A stretch of DNA of 64,000 bases from positions 544,001 to 608,000 of the forward strand of contig OZ244937.1 in NCBI GenBank assembly GCA_965222075.1, in the 5' to 3' direction. The stretch comes from Candidatus Latescibacterota bacterium. Its GTDB lineage: Bacteria > Latescibacterota > UBA2968 > GCA-2709665. Under the pieces are notes generated by a model, which was not told where the DNA came from, did no database searches, and saw only the letters and a list, made by a program, of their open reading frames with translations. Made by a program: the position numbers and the translations under genes. Below are positions 1-9,713 of this stretch, in pieces; positions within the stretch are counted from its first letter, which is position 1; each line of letters starts with the position of its first letter.

Positions 1-1
1 G

Positions 2-1846
2 GGTTTGTTCCCCCCGGGAGACGACCAGACGGCCGTTTTCGCGCCGGAGGGTGAGGTCGTCTGTATCGGTACCGATGCCGAAGGCAACCGCGTACGTGGA
101 CCTGCCCGGTTGCAGGTCGGTTTCGATTTTGAGGTAGGGGACCTCCAGGCTTTCCGGGTCGGCTTGGCCGGGTTTCAGGTTGGCGTGTTTTGCCAGGACA
201 AAGGCGGCATCTTCGGGCAGGAGGAGCCGGAGGGCGATCCGGGCGCTGTTGTTTGAGATGGAGGCGGCGCGGGCATCGAGGTCACATCCGCCGGCGAAGT
301 GGATGCGGGATTCCAGGTGCGTGGGTTCGGTGACTTCGATTTCGTCGAGGATAACGAAGCAGTCGGGACGCAGGTAGAGGTAGTGGCGAACGAAGGTGGT
401 GAGTTTGTCAAGCCCGTAGGCAGGGGCGATGGATGCGCGGAGGTAGTCGTGTGTGCCGGTGAATTGGGTTTCTTCGACGGTGCCCAGCCGCCGCCTGTCG
501 CGGGGCTGGCCGATGCCGTCGAAGAGGGGGAGGTTGTGGCCGTGGGTGTCTTTGAAGACGGCTTCACCGGGGTCTCCGTAGCGGCCGATGCCCAGTTCAC
601 GGATGACGGTTTTGCCGTGGGTGTGAACAATGTAGTTGCCCACGTCGGCGTGGCCGTGGGGTTCAACGGTGGCGCCGATTTTGAGGGCGAGGACCGTGGC
701 GTTTGGGTCCTGCCAGGAGGAACGCATGATGCACCAGCCGGCGTCGGGGAAATATCTGGAGGGGTGGGGCGGGTCGGGCAGACGGGGATGGACACCGGAG
801 GCGTCCCAGAAGAGTTCGGGGAGGTTGAGGGAGGGCGCGCGGTCCGTGGTGAGCCGGTCGAAATAGCTGGCGGCGGCGTGGTTGTGTTCGACCGCGAATT
901 TGCGGTAGGCCATGCCGCCGGGGAATTGGGCGCCGCAGTCGGCAAAGTTGACCACACGGTCGGGCGGGAGGTAGCAGTTGATGGGGAAGTCCACAGTGGT
1001 GTTGAGCCTGGGGTGGGCGAAGAGGTCAACCGAGCCGCCGGTGAGGCGTTTGAGGGCGTCGGAAAAGGGCATGGAGGTGCTGACGCCGTAGTTCCAGTAG
1101 CCGGGGCCTTCTTTCCAGGAGCCGTCGTCTTCGATGGCGTCGAAGAATTTTGTAAGGCGTTGGGCGGATTCCCGGATGATGCCCACCATTTTCTCGCGCG
1201 GGGCAATGTCCGTGCGCAGGTGGATGTACCCGGCGTCCAGCATGGCGATTGCGGTGAGGCCCATGTTGGAGACGCAGACCGAGCACCAGTTGCTTTTGTA
1301 ATTGCTCGCCCAACCGAACCGGTCCATGCCGTCTATACAGAGGCCCAGCCCACGGGCGTAGACCATATATTCCAGTTCCCGGCGCTGGTTTTCCGTGAGG
1401 GCGTCGTAGAGCAGGTCATAGACGGCCGCGAACGTGGCGTTGGTGTGGCTGCTGTCCAGGTCCAGGAGCATGAATTCGTGTACGGGGTGGACCCAGGAGG
1501 GCCAGTTCATGATAGAGCTGAGCCCTTCCCAGGTTTTGTCCAGGTAGGCCGGATTGCCGTCGATGAGATAAGCAAAGGCGTAGTCTCCGACCCGGGAGCG
1601 GGCCTCGCCCGAGAGGCGGCTGTATTCCTCCCAGATGCCGTTACGGTAGCTCTGCTCGCGCGGAGGCGGGACGGGGAAGGGGCTGTGGAGCTGTTCGTCC
1701 AGGTGCCGGCGTTTCTGACGGTAGACCTCTGCGTGCGACCCGTTCAGGCAGATCTCCCGCACGCGGTGGAGGTCCGATCTGGCGAAGAAGACGTAGGGGT
1801 GTCTCAGGTCTTTGGGGATGTGCTGCGCGATGTCGGGGAACGGCAT
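2..1846 (-). CDS. Heparinase II/III-like polysaccharide lyase family protein (3' end runs off the window)
   Basis: Not in the ORF track. Manual translation from ATG at 1846 (GGAGG RBS upstream) is open to the window edge: MPFPDIAQHIPKDLRHPYVFF...SNWCSVC...DDGSWKEGPGYWNYG...VVNFADC...PHGHADVGNY...HNLPLFDG, the typical heparinase II/III motifs. Confidence 0.8.
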   Translation of the reverse strand, partial: MPFPDIAQHIPKDLRHPYVFFARSDLHRVREICLNGSHAEVYRQKRRHLDEQLHSPFPVPPPREQSYRNGIWEEYSRLSGEARSRVGDYAFAYLIDGNPAYLDKTWEGLSSIMNWPSWVHPVHEFMLLDLDSSHTNATFAAVYDLLYDALTENQRRELEYMVYARGLGLCIDGMDRFGWASNYKSNWCSVCVSNMGLTAIAMLDAGYIHLRTDIAPREKMVGIIRESAQRLTKFFDAIEDDGSWKEGPGYWNYGVSTSMPFSDALKRLTGGSVDLFAHPRLNTTVDFPINCYLPPDRVVNFADCGAQFPGGMAYRKFAVEHNHAAASYFDRLTTDRAPSLNLPELFWDASGVHPRLPDPPHPSRYFPDAGWCIMRSSWQDPNATVLALKIGATVEPHGHADVGNYIVHTHGKTVIRELGIGRYGDPGEAVFKDTHGHNLPLFDGIGQPRDRRRLGTVEETQFTGTHDYLRASIAPAYGLDKLTTFVRHYLYLRPDCFVILDEIEVTEPTHLESRIHFAGGCDLDARAASISNNSARIALRLLLPEDAAFVLAKHANLKPGQADPESLEVPYLKIETDLQPGRSTYAVAFGIGTDTDDLTLRRENGRLVVSRGEQT

Positions 1847-1892
1847 AGTGACCTCCGGTTGCGTTTAAAGGTTCATCAGCGCTTTCTCTTTT

Positions 1893-2165
1893 TCAGTGAG
1901 ACGCAGGCGCAAAAAACTCAGCGTCGCTGCCATCTTCGAAGTAGAGCTGTAAATGTTTGGCGTTCAGCCTGAAAAGCCGCAACGATTGGCAGAGTCTGTC
2001 TGCCGTGCTCTGGTGGGAAGAGGCCCTGGCCCAGCGATTCTTTCTACTTGTGTGTTCAAATTCCAGATAGCTGCCGTCCTCAAAGAAGAGGACAGCGTGA
2101 TTAAAATCCGCGTTGACGACATAGCGCGCAGCCTGTGTATGGGCCGTTTTAGCCAGGGTGTCCAT
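1893..2165 (-). CDS. Small hypothetical protein with two similar halves (LFFEDGS..EF / LYFEDGS..EF)
   Basis: ORF 1893..2321; more plausible start MDTLAK at 2165. Confidence 0.55.
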   Translation of the reverse strand: MDTLAKTAHTQAARYVVNADFNHAVLFFEDGSYLEFEHTSRKNRWARASSHQSTADRLCQSLRLFRLNAKHLQLYFEDGSDAEFFAPASH

Positions 2166-2314
2166 TTTTTTCTGCGTTTGGTGACCAGTCCCGCAGGCCC
2201 TGCAGCCGACTTCGAATTTCACTTCGCAGGATCGCTTCGGATTCCGCTTAAATTTCGCAATCGAGGCCATAGATGTCAAGTTCAAAGCGACCGTGTGCGC
2301 ACCGCCGATTTTGT

Positions 2315-2343
2315 TTGACAAGCCGGAAGAATAATTGTATCTT
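2315..2343 (+). promoter_or_regulatory. Sigma70-like promoter upstream of the groES-like gene
   Basis: TTGACA-17 nt-TATCTT. Confidence 0.5.
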
Positions 2344-2575
2344 AAAAACCGTGTAAATAGTTGTTAGTCAATATGATGAGATAGGCCGTCCAACATCATC
2401 GCAGGTGTAGATTGCATACCGTGGCGGGAAAGTGGAGGGAAATTCGGATGGTGCGGGGCGACTTTTATGCGGAGAACAAGGTGGGTGGTGCTCGTCCCGG
2501 CATTTTGCGCCTTCCTCGCAGGACCACATCGGCTTTCGGTGTGCTAAACCGGACCCGGAATCGTAAGAGGGCGAG

Positions 2576-2983
2576 ATGAAAATGGGGAAGAAACGTCTGG
2601 CTGTTGTGGGAGATCGGGTGCTGGTCAAGCAGGAGAACCTTGAGGAGCGGACGGAGGTGGGGCTGTATCTGCCGCAGACGGTCGTTGAAAAGGAGGAGGT
2701 GCAGGGAGGGAGGGTTGTCCTGATCGGCCCTGGAATTCCGCTTCCTCAGCCACAGGATGTGGACGATGAACCCTGGCGGAATGTGCCCAGCGAACCCCGA
2801 TATCTTCCCATGCAGGCAGAGGTGGGGGATTATGCGTTGTTCCTGAAGAAGGCCGCAGTGGAGATCAAGTTTGAAGGGGAAAAGTACCTTATTGTCCCTC
2901 ATAACTCTATCCTCGTCCTGATCGGGGAAGAGCCGGACGTTTTGAAGGATCTTGAAGATCCGGAAGATCCGGAGGGCATTTAG
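2576..2983 (+). CDS. Co-chaperonin GroES family protein (stand-alone)
   Basis: GDRVLVK..E..T..GLYLP, G.VVLIGPG, VGDYALF, EIKFEGEKYLIV motifs; acidic tail. Confidence 0.85.
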   Translation: MKMGKKRLAVVGDRVLVKQENLEERTEVGLYLPQTVVEKEEVQGGRVVLIGPGIPLPQPQDVDDEPWRNVPSEPRYLPMQAEVGDYALFLKKAAVEIKFEGEKYLIVPHNSILVLIGEEPDVLKDLEDPEDPEGI

Positions 2984-3124
2984 TCAGAGGGGCAGGCCCT
3001 TCGGGCGTCTGGCCGGTTCGCCTGGTTTCACCCTTCCCCCTCCAGGATGTGTTGGTTTTTGTTGATGTTAGGCGAGGAAGCGTTTAAAATAATGCAACGA
3101 ACCGAACACCAATAAGGATAAGGT

Positions 3125-3340
3125 ATGTCTGAAGAAACCCAGAATATCACGTTGACCAAGGGTACATTGGTGATGTGTCGGGTGGGGAAAAGGACAAAGG
3201 TCGGTCCCTGTCGCGTTATCTTTGTGGGGGCGGACTATGTGGCGGTTGAAGACCCGGATCGGAACCTCTGGCAGATTGATCTGGATCGGGTGGAACGCGC
3301 GGATGACCAGTTGAGCCACCTGCTTAACTCGCAGGCGTAA
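3125..3340 (+). CDS. Hypothetical protein (71 aa)
   Basis: AAGG RBS, host-like codon usage. Confidence 0.6.
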   Translation: MSEETQNITLTKGTLVMCRVGKRTKVGPCRVIFVGADYVAVEDPDRNLWQIDLDRVERADDQLSHLLNSQA

Positions 3341-3551
3341 AAAAGGCCGGGTTGGCATTCAAGACCTTTGAGCCGTAGAGGCCAGGGTATTGATCAAGTG
3401 AACTATCCCGTCCTGACGGGTAGGGTCTCCTGGCTTGTTGGCTCAACGCCTGAACTACCTCCTCCGGCGTCGCATCTATACTCACATCCTCCTCCAACGC
3501 TGCCTTCTTCGGCTGATACCGGCTGTCAATCACCTTACCTCTACGTGCCAT
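3324..3551 (-). CDS. Small hypothetical protein (YQPKKAALEEDVSIDATPEEVVQAL), C-terminus probably disrupted
   Basis: GGAGG RBS directly after the toxin stop; its 3' part overlaps an IS200/IS605-like end. Confidence 0.45.
   Translation of the reverse strand: MARRGKVIDSRYQPKKAALEEDVSIDATPEEVVQALSQQARRPYPSGRDSSLDQYPGLYGSKVLNANPAFFTPAS
3398..3432 (+). mobile_element. Degenerate IS200/IS605-type terminal hairpin (solitary end)
   Basis: GTGAACTATCCCGTCCTGACGGGTAGGGTCTCCTG resembles the GTSAACTACCCC..CTGAAG..GGGGCTT end pattern as recalled; no transposase nearby. Confidence 0.35.
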
Positions 3552-3562
3552 GACTGGCCTCC

Positions 3563-3829
3563 TTATCTCCTTTTCTTATAGGCCCCCTGCCGATGACGAA
3601 CATCTATTATATGCACATCCTGACCTTGTTTCACATAAAAGATCCTGTAATCACCAGAATAAATACGATACATAGGATCATCAGCCGGTCTGCCTTGTAC
3701 CTTCCTGGAACCTCTCGGATTGGGATTGGCAGGCAACGCCTCAATCTTAGCTAAGACCTGACGCCCTATATTAGCAGGCAACCTTTGAAGACTTTTATCA
3801 GCTCTATCTGAAAGAATAAAGCGAGGCAT
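3563..3829 (-). CDS. Type II toxin, RelE/ParE family
   Basis: NPNPRGSRKVQG...YRIYSGDYRIFY...IIDVRHRQGAY; TAATG overlap with the upstream gene. Confidence 0.88.
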   Translation of the reverse strand: MPRFILSDRADKSLQRLPANIGRQVLAKIEALPANPNPRGSRKVQGRPADDPMYRIYSGDYRIFYVKQGQDVHIIDVRHRQGAYKKRR

Positions 3830-4035
3830 TAACGTGCCCATTTTCTTTTCAAGGCAGCCACAGCTTCATCCGTCTCCTGAGCAGAAAGCATCTTTATCCT
3901 ACCTTCACGAAGATCCCGATAAATCTGGTCCGCCTGGGCCTGATCCCAAGCATCATCATCCATAGCCTCCTGGACAATATCGGCAGGGTCTTCACCCTCT
4001 ATGACGCGATTAATCATCTCTTCCGCCTTTCCCAT
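3829..4035 (-). CDS. Putative cognate antitoxin (68 aa, acidic)
   Basis: Small acidic ORF translationally coupled to the RelE gene; AGGAGG RBS. Confidence 0.75.
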   Translation of the reverse strand: MGKAEEMINRVIEGEDPADIVQEAMDDDAWDQAQADQIYRDLREGRIKMLSAQETDEAVAALKRKWAR

Positions 4036-4246
4036 CTTATACCTCCTTTTAAGACAAAATCCCGCTTTATCACTTACCAGTTATCAAAAAAGAGAGAAAA
4101 AATATTACTTTGTCAAGCATAATATTACAAAAACCACTTACATGCTCCAGAAAACGCCTTATATTGCCACTGTCAATTATCAGGCAGAACCCGTATGTTG
4201 GGTAGCCTGCTGAATACAATAGCCGAGATATTGTCAAGTAGTAGTA

Positions 4247-4369
4247 GATGAGAAGCCCGTGCCGGGACATCCCGTTCAGGTGGATGTGAAATTTTTCACG
4301 TTCTCCGGGAAGATCAGGCGATATCCAGTGACGACCATCGACGAGGCCACCCGTGTTCGAGTCCTGAAC
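4247..4369 (+). pseudogene. IS481-like DDE transposase fragment
   Basis: Manual translation EKPVPGHPVQVDVKFFTFSGKIRRYPVTTIDEATRVRVL matches the integrase-core start PG..Q.DVK...T.IDD.TR. Confidence 0.65.
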
Positions 4370-4568
4370 ATGCGGTCCGCGGCATACCCGGAAAAACGCC
4401 TTTTGAAGGTGCTCAGAGAAAAGCGAACTTGAACCCAAGACGGTCAGGCCAAGTTTTCCCAGGTACACCTGAAGCCATCCATTCTTACCTCAAGCTCGGC
4501 TATCGCCTTTTCGTTCAACTCCACCAGTCGGCCCCAATCGACCGGTCCCTGCCGCTTGAGCCGCAGTC

Positions 4569-5280
4569 TTATTTGTTCGGTTCGCTACAAGCCGCATACC
4601 TGCATATCTCGGAAGTGTCTGGATTTGCTACGTTTCGTCCGTCCACCCACCGCCTGGCCGACTTCGACCCCGCACGCGCCTGCCTGCGCGGCGCACCGCG
4701 CTGCAGGCAGGCCGCATACTGCCATTCGGCCGCACTCGGCAAGCGATGAGAGGAGCCCGTCTCCTTCGACAGCCACTCCGCGTATGCCATGGCGTCGCCA
4801 ACACTCACGCAGACCACAGGGTGTTTGTCTGTTTGACCATATCCCGGACGTTTCCACGTTAGTCCAGACTTTTTCCGATAATAAGAGGTCTCAGGCGCCT
4901 GGCAACCATATTTAGGTTTGCGCTCCGCTTCGGTGTTATAGCGAGTCGCCTTGACGAACCTGCCGAACTCCGCTCTGGTCACTTCATACCTGGATATTGC
5001 GAAAGGCCCATGTTCACCCATTCGTAAGGCTCTACTCCCTCGTAGAGAAAACGACCGCTGGGAATCTTCACCATCTCAGGTCCCAGCCCGCCCGATTTCA
5101 GACGATCCCGCGGAACGACTGTTTTTGCCGCTTCAACTTGCCGCATCTCCAGGGCTTCCGTGTAATGCGCGCCCTCCTGTCCTGTCACCTTCAGATAGCT
5201 GTATATACGTTCTACAACGGCGCCGTACCCCGTTTCTTTCTGTCCATTCTCCAAATCACGATCCGCCTCTCGCATTAACA
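4569..5280 (-). pseudogene. FGE-sulfatase (SUMF1-like) domain gene, frameshifted and truncated
   Basis: GPEMVKIPSGRF in one frame; FAISRYEVT...HPVVCVS..DA.AY.EWLS..TG...RLPSAAEWQYA in another; C-terminal half missing; carries a 33-nt palindrome insertion. Confidence 0.8.
4679..4711. repeat. CCTGCCTGC...GCAGGCAGG palindromic element (33 nt, in frame)
   Basis: Removing it restores the canonical EWQYAARAG. Confidence 0.9.
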
Positions 5281-5630
5281 GGGTTGAAGTCGATTTTGAC
5301 GTCGGCCGTGGAACGCAGGATCGCATTGAACAAAAATCTGTTCATTTCATGAGCACCGCAGGACAAGAAAGCGGATTCAATAGTCTCGGGTTTGTTCTTA
5401 CCCAAGAGATAACTTTGTTCGACCACAAGATCAACCTCAACGCCGCGGAGACGCGCATCGATGATTGCCTCGGCGATCTCTCGATTGTCGATCTCCTGGA
5501 CGGCTATCATCAAATTTTGTCGTCTCTTCGCCTGCTTGATGAATGTGACAATTGGCTTGATAAGTGAATCGGGGGCAAACTGTTCCTTCGGCCCCATATA
5601 CAGATCTATATTGTCAACCGATATCGGCAT
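5256..5630 (-). pseudogene. N-terminal fragment of a phospholipase D-like protein
   Basis: IAVQEIDN.EIA.AIIDARLRGV.V.LV.E pattern; breaks after DFNP, before the expected HxK motif, at the junction with the FGE fragment. Confidence 0.6.
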
Positions 5631-5842
5631 GTCGAATCCTCCCAGTTTGCAACATATAGATTATCATCATGTCTGGATTTCATCCCAAAAGTAGAATGGG
5701 ACGCACTTTCGTTCAGCGGTGACTCCATTCTGTCGCCTAGTGGTCGATTTCGCAAGTTCGTATGAGTTTCTGTGGATTCCTTCTGAGTGATTCCGTGTGA
5801 TTCTGCGACGTTTTTCCTCATGTGGACTTCTGAAACTGACCA

Positions 5843-7102
5843 CTAGTTGCCCTGCGGGTTGGCAGACTGCCCGAACAGGACGAGCGGCGCACCCACAGCG
5901 GTCTGGATACCCCGGTAATAGTCCACTGGTAGTTCAGGCGCAGCACCCAGATTGACCGAAACCGGATTGACCCCACTCTGGGTCACCACTACGGCTTCGC
6001 TCGCGGTGTGACCCGATGAAATCGTAGCCGTAGTGTCCGACAGGGTTCCACCCTGTGCCGACAGATTGACGGTCATGTCGAACGGCGCACCCTCGGCAAG
6101 TTTGACCACTACGGTGGCAGGACCCGGCGCAGTATTGTCTGTGTTGTCTGTGCGTTCCAGCTCTATTGTCAATGTAAAGGGAGATCCAGGGTTATCTTCA
6201 AGCCATAGCGCTTCCAGTCTGTACAGGCCTGCGAACATATCCTCAGGCAGTGCGCTCAAAGCGTTGCCGGTAAGCGATATCTCCGACAGCCTGTCCAGGC
6301 CGGAGAACCCCTCAGACAGCGTACTCAAAGAGTTATTGTCAAGATATAGGGAATGCAAACTGGACAGGCTGGAGAACCCCTCAGGCAGTGCGCTTAAAGC
6401 GTTATTGCTAAGATATAGGGAATGCAAACTGGACAGGCCGGAGAACACCCCCTCGGGCAGTGCGCTCAAAGCGTTGTGGTTAAGAAATAGTCTTTGCAGC
6501 CTGGACAGGTCTGAAAACACCCCCTCGGGCAGCGTGCTCAGACCGTTTCTGGAAAGCGACAGATCTTCCAGACTGGACAGGCCGGAGAACACCCCCTCAG
6601 GCAATGCGCTCAAAGCGTTGTGGTTAAAATCCAGGAGACGCAGACTGGACAGGCCGGAGAAATCGTCTCCCTGCAAGGCAGTGATCCCATGACTACCAAG
6701 ATTCAAGCTCGTGATCGAGGATAGGTGCGCCTCCGTGACTAGGGCGCAGTCGTCCACAACAGGAGGTAGCGCGGCCAAGATGGCACCGCAGACCTGTGGG
6801 GTCCGGTTGCAAATCCCCGTCGTGCTGACGTTCAGCGCTTTGCCAAAGTTTCTGGCAAAGATCAAAAAATCGGCAAACCCAATAGCGCCATCTACATCCA
6901 GGTCGTATTTTGCTTCATACTTCCCATCGCCCTGACTTGCACCGAACTGTTCTACAAATAGCACAAAGTCGGAAAATCCAACCATACCATCGCCATTGAA
7001 GTCGGGAGTAGGGGCTGATTGGACCTCCGTGCTGGGCCAAAGCGCCAAGCTCTCAAAAAGAGCGATTGATAGGATTGCGCAGGTCAAGATCAGCCTACGC
7101 AT
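5843..7102 (-). CDS. Secreted dockerin/EF-hand plus leucine-rich-repeat protein
   Basis: Signal peptide; DFNGDGMVGFSDF...YDLDVDGAIGFADF; about seven 23-24-aa LRRs (LxxLxLxxNxLxxLPEGVFSGL); beta-rich C-terminus. Confidence 0.9.
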   Translation of the reverse strand: MRRLILTCAILSIALFESLALWPSTEVQSAPTPDFNGDGMVGFSDFVLFVEQFGASQGDGKYEAKYDLDVDGAIGFADFLIFARNFGKALNVSTTGICNRTPQVCGAILAALPPVVDDCALVTEAHLSSITSLNLGSHGITALQGDDFSGLSSLRLLDFNHNALSALPEGVFSGLSSLEDLSLSRNGLSTLPEGVFSDLSRLQRLFLNHNALSALPEGVFSGLSSLHSLYLSNNALSALPEGFSSLSSLHSLYLDNNSLSTLSEGFSGLDRLSEISLTGNALSALPEDMFAGLYRLEALWLEDNPGSPFTLTIELERTDNTDNTAPGPATVVVKLAEGAPFDMTVNLSAQGGTLSDTTATISSGHTASEAVVVTQSGVNPVSVNLGAAPELPVDYYRGIQTAVGAPLVLFGQSANPQGN

Positions 7103-7485
7103 GGTTTCCTCACTTCCGAATTAAGGACAGAACGCTGACCGCCACATCTGCCAGCCGTGATAGAAACGCGTACGTTCACAAAGTCCATCTCGTCTTTCAA
7201 TAATTGCGCCATTCGGATGCTGTTTTGACACGTACCGCCAATAATAGGCGTGTTTTTCTGAAGCTTAGAAAGAAGCTGTGTGCACGTTCGGGTAACTCCA
7301 GAACGGTCAGATTCAGGGCTCCTGGAATATGGCTACCGATATATGACCTTCGCATATTCGTACGCGCGAATCGATGAATACGACAGCCTTTGAATCGACT
7401 CCCCGTTTGGCTTCCGCCAAATGCTGATTCTGTCTTCCACTGATCAGAACGGCACAACCGCACACTCCTGGAGCGAGGCTTAATC

Positions 7486-8775
7486 TTATTTGAGCATGAG
7501 CATCCGTTGCATACGGCGGAATTCCCCGACTTGCATTTCATACAGATAGATACCACTCGATACAGCCTGTCCAAGCGCATCACGTCCATCCCACACCACG
7601 CGATGCGCGCCAGCCACCATCAGTTCTCCCGAGACAAGGCGACGCACTTCCTGCCCCAGCACATTGTAGATGACCAGGTCCACCGGACCGGCCTGCGCAA
7701 GGGTAAACGCAATCGTCGTTGAGGGGTTGAACGGATTGGGGGCATTCTGCTCCAGGCTGTTTTCCAGCTGTGAAGCAGGCTTGCTCGCCTGTGTCGTCCC
7801 ATGCCCATTGGTCGCGATGCGATCCACCACGAGATTGTCGTCGGCAAGCGATAGATCATACAGAGACACAGGCAAGGCACCTGTGATCTCACTCCGTTTT
7901 TGAAATACAACCTGAGTCAGTGTGCCACTGCCCTTCGCGGCAGAGTAATCGCTTTTGAGCGCGGAGACCACCCGGAGCCGCCCATCTGCATCCTTGACAA
8001 GGCCTAATGCCGCATCTGCACCCTGCTGCTTCAGCAGTTCATTTTGTTGGGTGGATATTCCAGCATATTCGAGCACACGGGGATCATAATGTAGCACCAT
8101 CTCATATCCTATTAGCCCTGATGCTGCACTCACACTGGCATTTGCCACAATTACATGTCCTGACTTTGGTTCAAGTCATAGAGACTATTACCATAAATGA
8201 TGCGGTATCCGGTCATTTCGTTCACCTTGTTCCAATGGACTTTTACACCGTTTGAAGATGTTGGAATTGCGCTAATAATGACTGGAGGAACAATAGGGGT
8301 CCACAAAAATTGGAGTTCCGCCTGTTTAAGCTTAAATGCCCTCTGTGCATTACTTTCATCCGTGTTCTGGATACCAATAGCGAACCATCGGCTTGTGTAA
8401 GAGTCGAGGTCCCCGGCACGGTTTTTGACTGCCTCCTCAAGGGTATTGTTGGATATCGTATGCGAATCCCCCCATTGGCCATTTGTTTCGACTTCTTCAA
8501 ATATAGGTGTATCGCTCCCAATCTTACTCCATACAGTAGAGAGCGCCCCTGAATCACTACAATCTACATCAAAACCTGGATTGGTTCTCCCCTCATAAAA
8601 TCTCGCATTACATGTTGTGGAATCTCCACGGCCATCAATATGAATGGTCAAGTACACATCGGAAATTGTCTCAGCACTGATAGACGGTTGGACCACATTC
8701 AAATAAAATACGAGATGCCCGCGGCCTTGATAATGTGGAGAACTATCTTTTCCAATATCACTCGTAAAGCAGTTG
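7486..8775 (-). pseudogene. Remnant of a large secreted protein: partial FN3-like, cohesin-like and FlgD-Ig/C-terminal sorting domains
   Basis: LEQNAPNPFNPSTTIAF...IYNVLGQEVRRL...WDGRDALGQAVSSGIYLY; frame break near 8150; 5' end cut by the IS5 remnant. Confidence 0.7.
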
Positions 8776-8987
8776 GAAGCTGTTTTAAAAAGGTAGAGGC
8801 GTAAAGAAAAAAGTTGAAATTGCGTATTCATCTATCCAAATTCAGGTTGTCCCAAACCACCTGAAACGAAAGGATAAAGATGAATACGCAGAGGCAATAT
8901 CCAACAAATTTGACCGAAACACAATGGCAACTTCTCCTCACGCTGCTGCCCAAACCCAAATGGCGTTTCGGCTGTCCTGGTCGCCCA

Positions 8988-9017
8988 CCTGTCTGCGTGC
9001 GGACACGCACAGGCAGG
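8988..9017. repeat. Palindromic element (30 nt, in frame in the IS5 transposase)
   Basis: CCTGTCTGCGTGCGGACACGCACAGGCAGG; removal restores GRPPVNLRR. Confidence 0.9.
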
Positions 9018-9055
9018 CCGGTCAATCTACGCCGAGTGTTCAACGGCATTCTGTA

Positions 9056-9136
9056 CCTGTCTGCCTGCTTGCCTGTCTGCGTGCAACGCACAGGCAGGCG
9101 CGCTGCGCGCAGGCAAGCGTCCCTCGGACAGGCAGG
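9056..9136. repeat. Three nested 27-nt palindromic elements (81 nt)
   Basis: CCTGTCTG[CCTGCTTG[CCTGTCTGCGTGCAACGCACAGGCAGG]CGCGCTGCGCGCAGGCAAG]CGTCCCTCGGACAGGCAGG. Confidence 0.85.
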
Positions 9137-9320
9137 TGGGTATTTCAACAGATGGAGCCAACAAGGCATCTTCCAAAAGATCCAACAGGCACTCCACAGA
9201 AGGGAGCGACGCAGTCAGGGTCGCAAGCCTACCGCTTCAGCAGGCAGTATAGACTCTCAAAGCATTAAGACAGCAACACAAGGGAAAATAAAAGGTTACG
9301 ATTCTAGCAAGAAAATCAAT

Positions 9321-9341
9321 CCTGTGCCAACGGCAGACAGG
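9321..9341. repeat. Short variant palindromic element (21 nt)
   Basis: CCTGTGCCAACGGCAGACAGG at the junction of a large transposase deletion. Confidence 0.65.
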
Positions 9342-9463
9342 TACATTGCGATGATTCACCTTTTGATCAAGAGACTCGCTTCCAAATCTGAATTTTAAAA
9401 CGGCTTCTCAGATTTTACCGCTACCAGGCTAAAGGAGACAAATTTTACCAACATAACCGGAAT

Positions 9464-9478
9464 TGGTACGAATTTTGC
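9464..9478 (+). promoter_or_regulatory. Sigma54-type -24/-12 promoter motif
   Basis: TGGTAC-GAATT-TTGC matches TGGYAC-N5-TTGC. Confidence 0.45.
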
Positions 9479-9713
9479 CGCAGCAGTTGCAACCGGGGCT
9501 ACCTTTAGAGAATTTCAAGCAAGAGATTGGAATTTGACTGGGTTGCGAATGAGTAGTGGCGAAATGTTGTCAGGATATATAAAAGCCAGAATGCATGGCG
9601 CAAATATGCAGGGCGTTCGGATCAAGCAGATGGAATGGAGGGTGCGCGGCTCTGCATCGGTTGGATTACGTTTGTCTTACAATATTGATTTTTCAGGATT
9701 TATCTGGGGAGTT

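Larger units (their letters stand above)
8776..9407 (+). mobile_element. IS5-family insertion sequence remnant, internally deleted
   Basis: Terminal inverted repeats GAAGCTGTTTTAAAA (8776-8790) / TTTTAAAACGGCTTC (9393-9407); ORF 8880..9398 has YPTNLTETQW, GRP, NGILY, YFNRWS, IDSQSIKT, GYDSSKKI. Confidence 0.88.

Noticed and set aside
299-1972. 557-aa plus-strand ORF
   Set aside because: Antisense shadow of the heparinase-like gene; no recognisable motifs
6240-6670. 69-72-nt periodic repeats
   Set aside because: Explained by leucine-rich repeats
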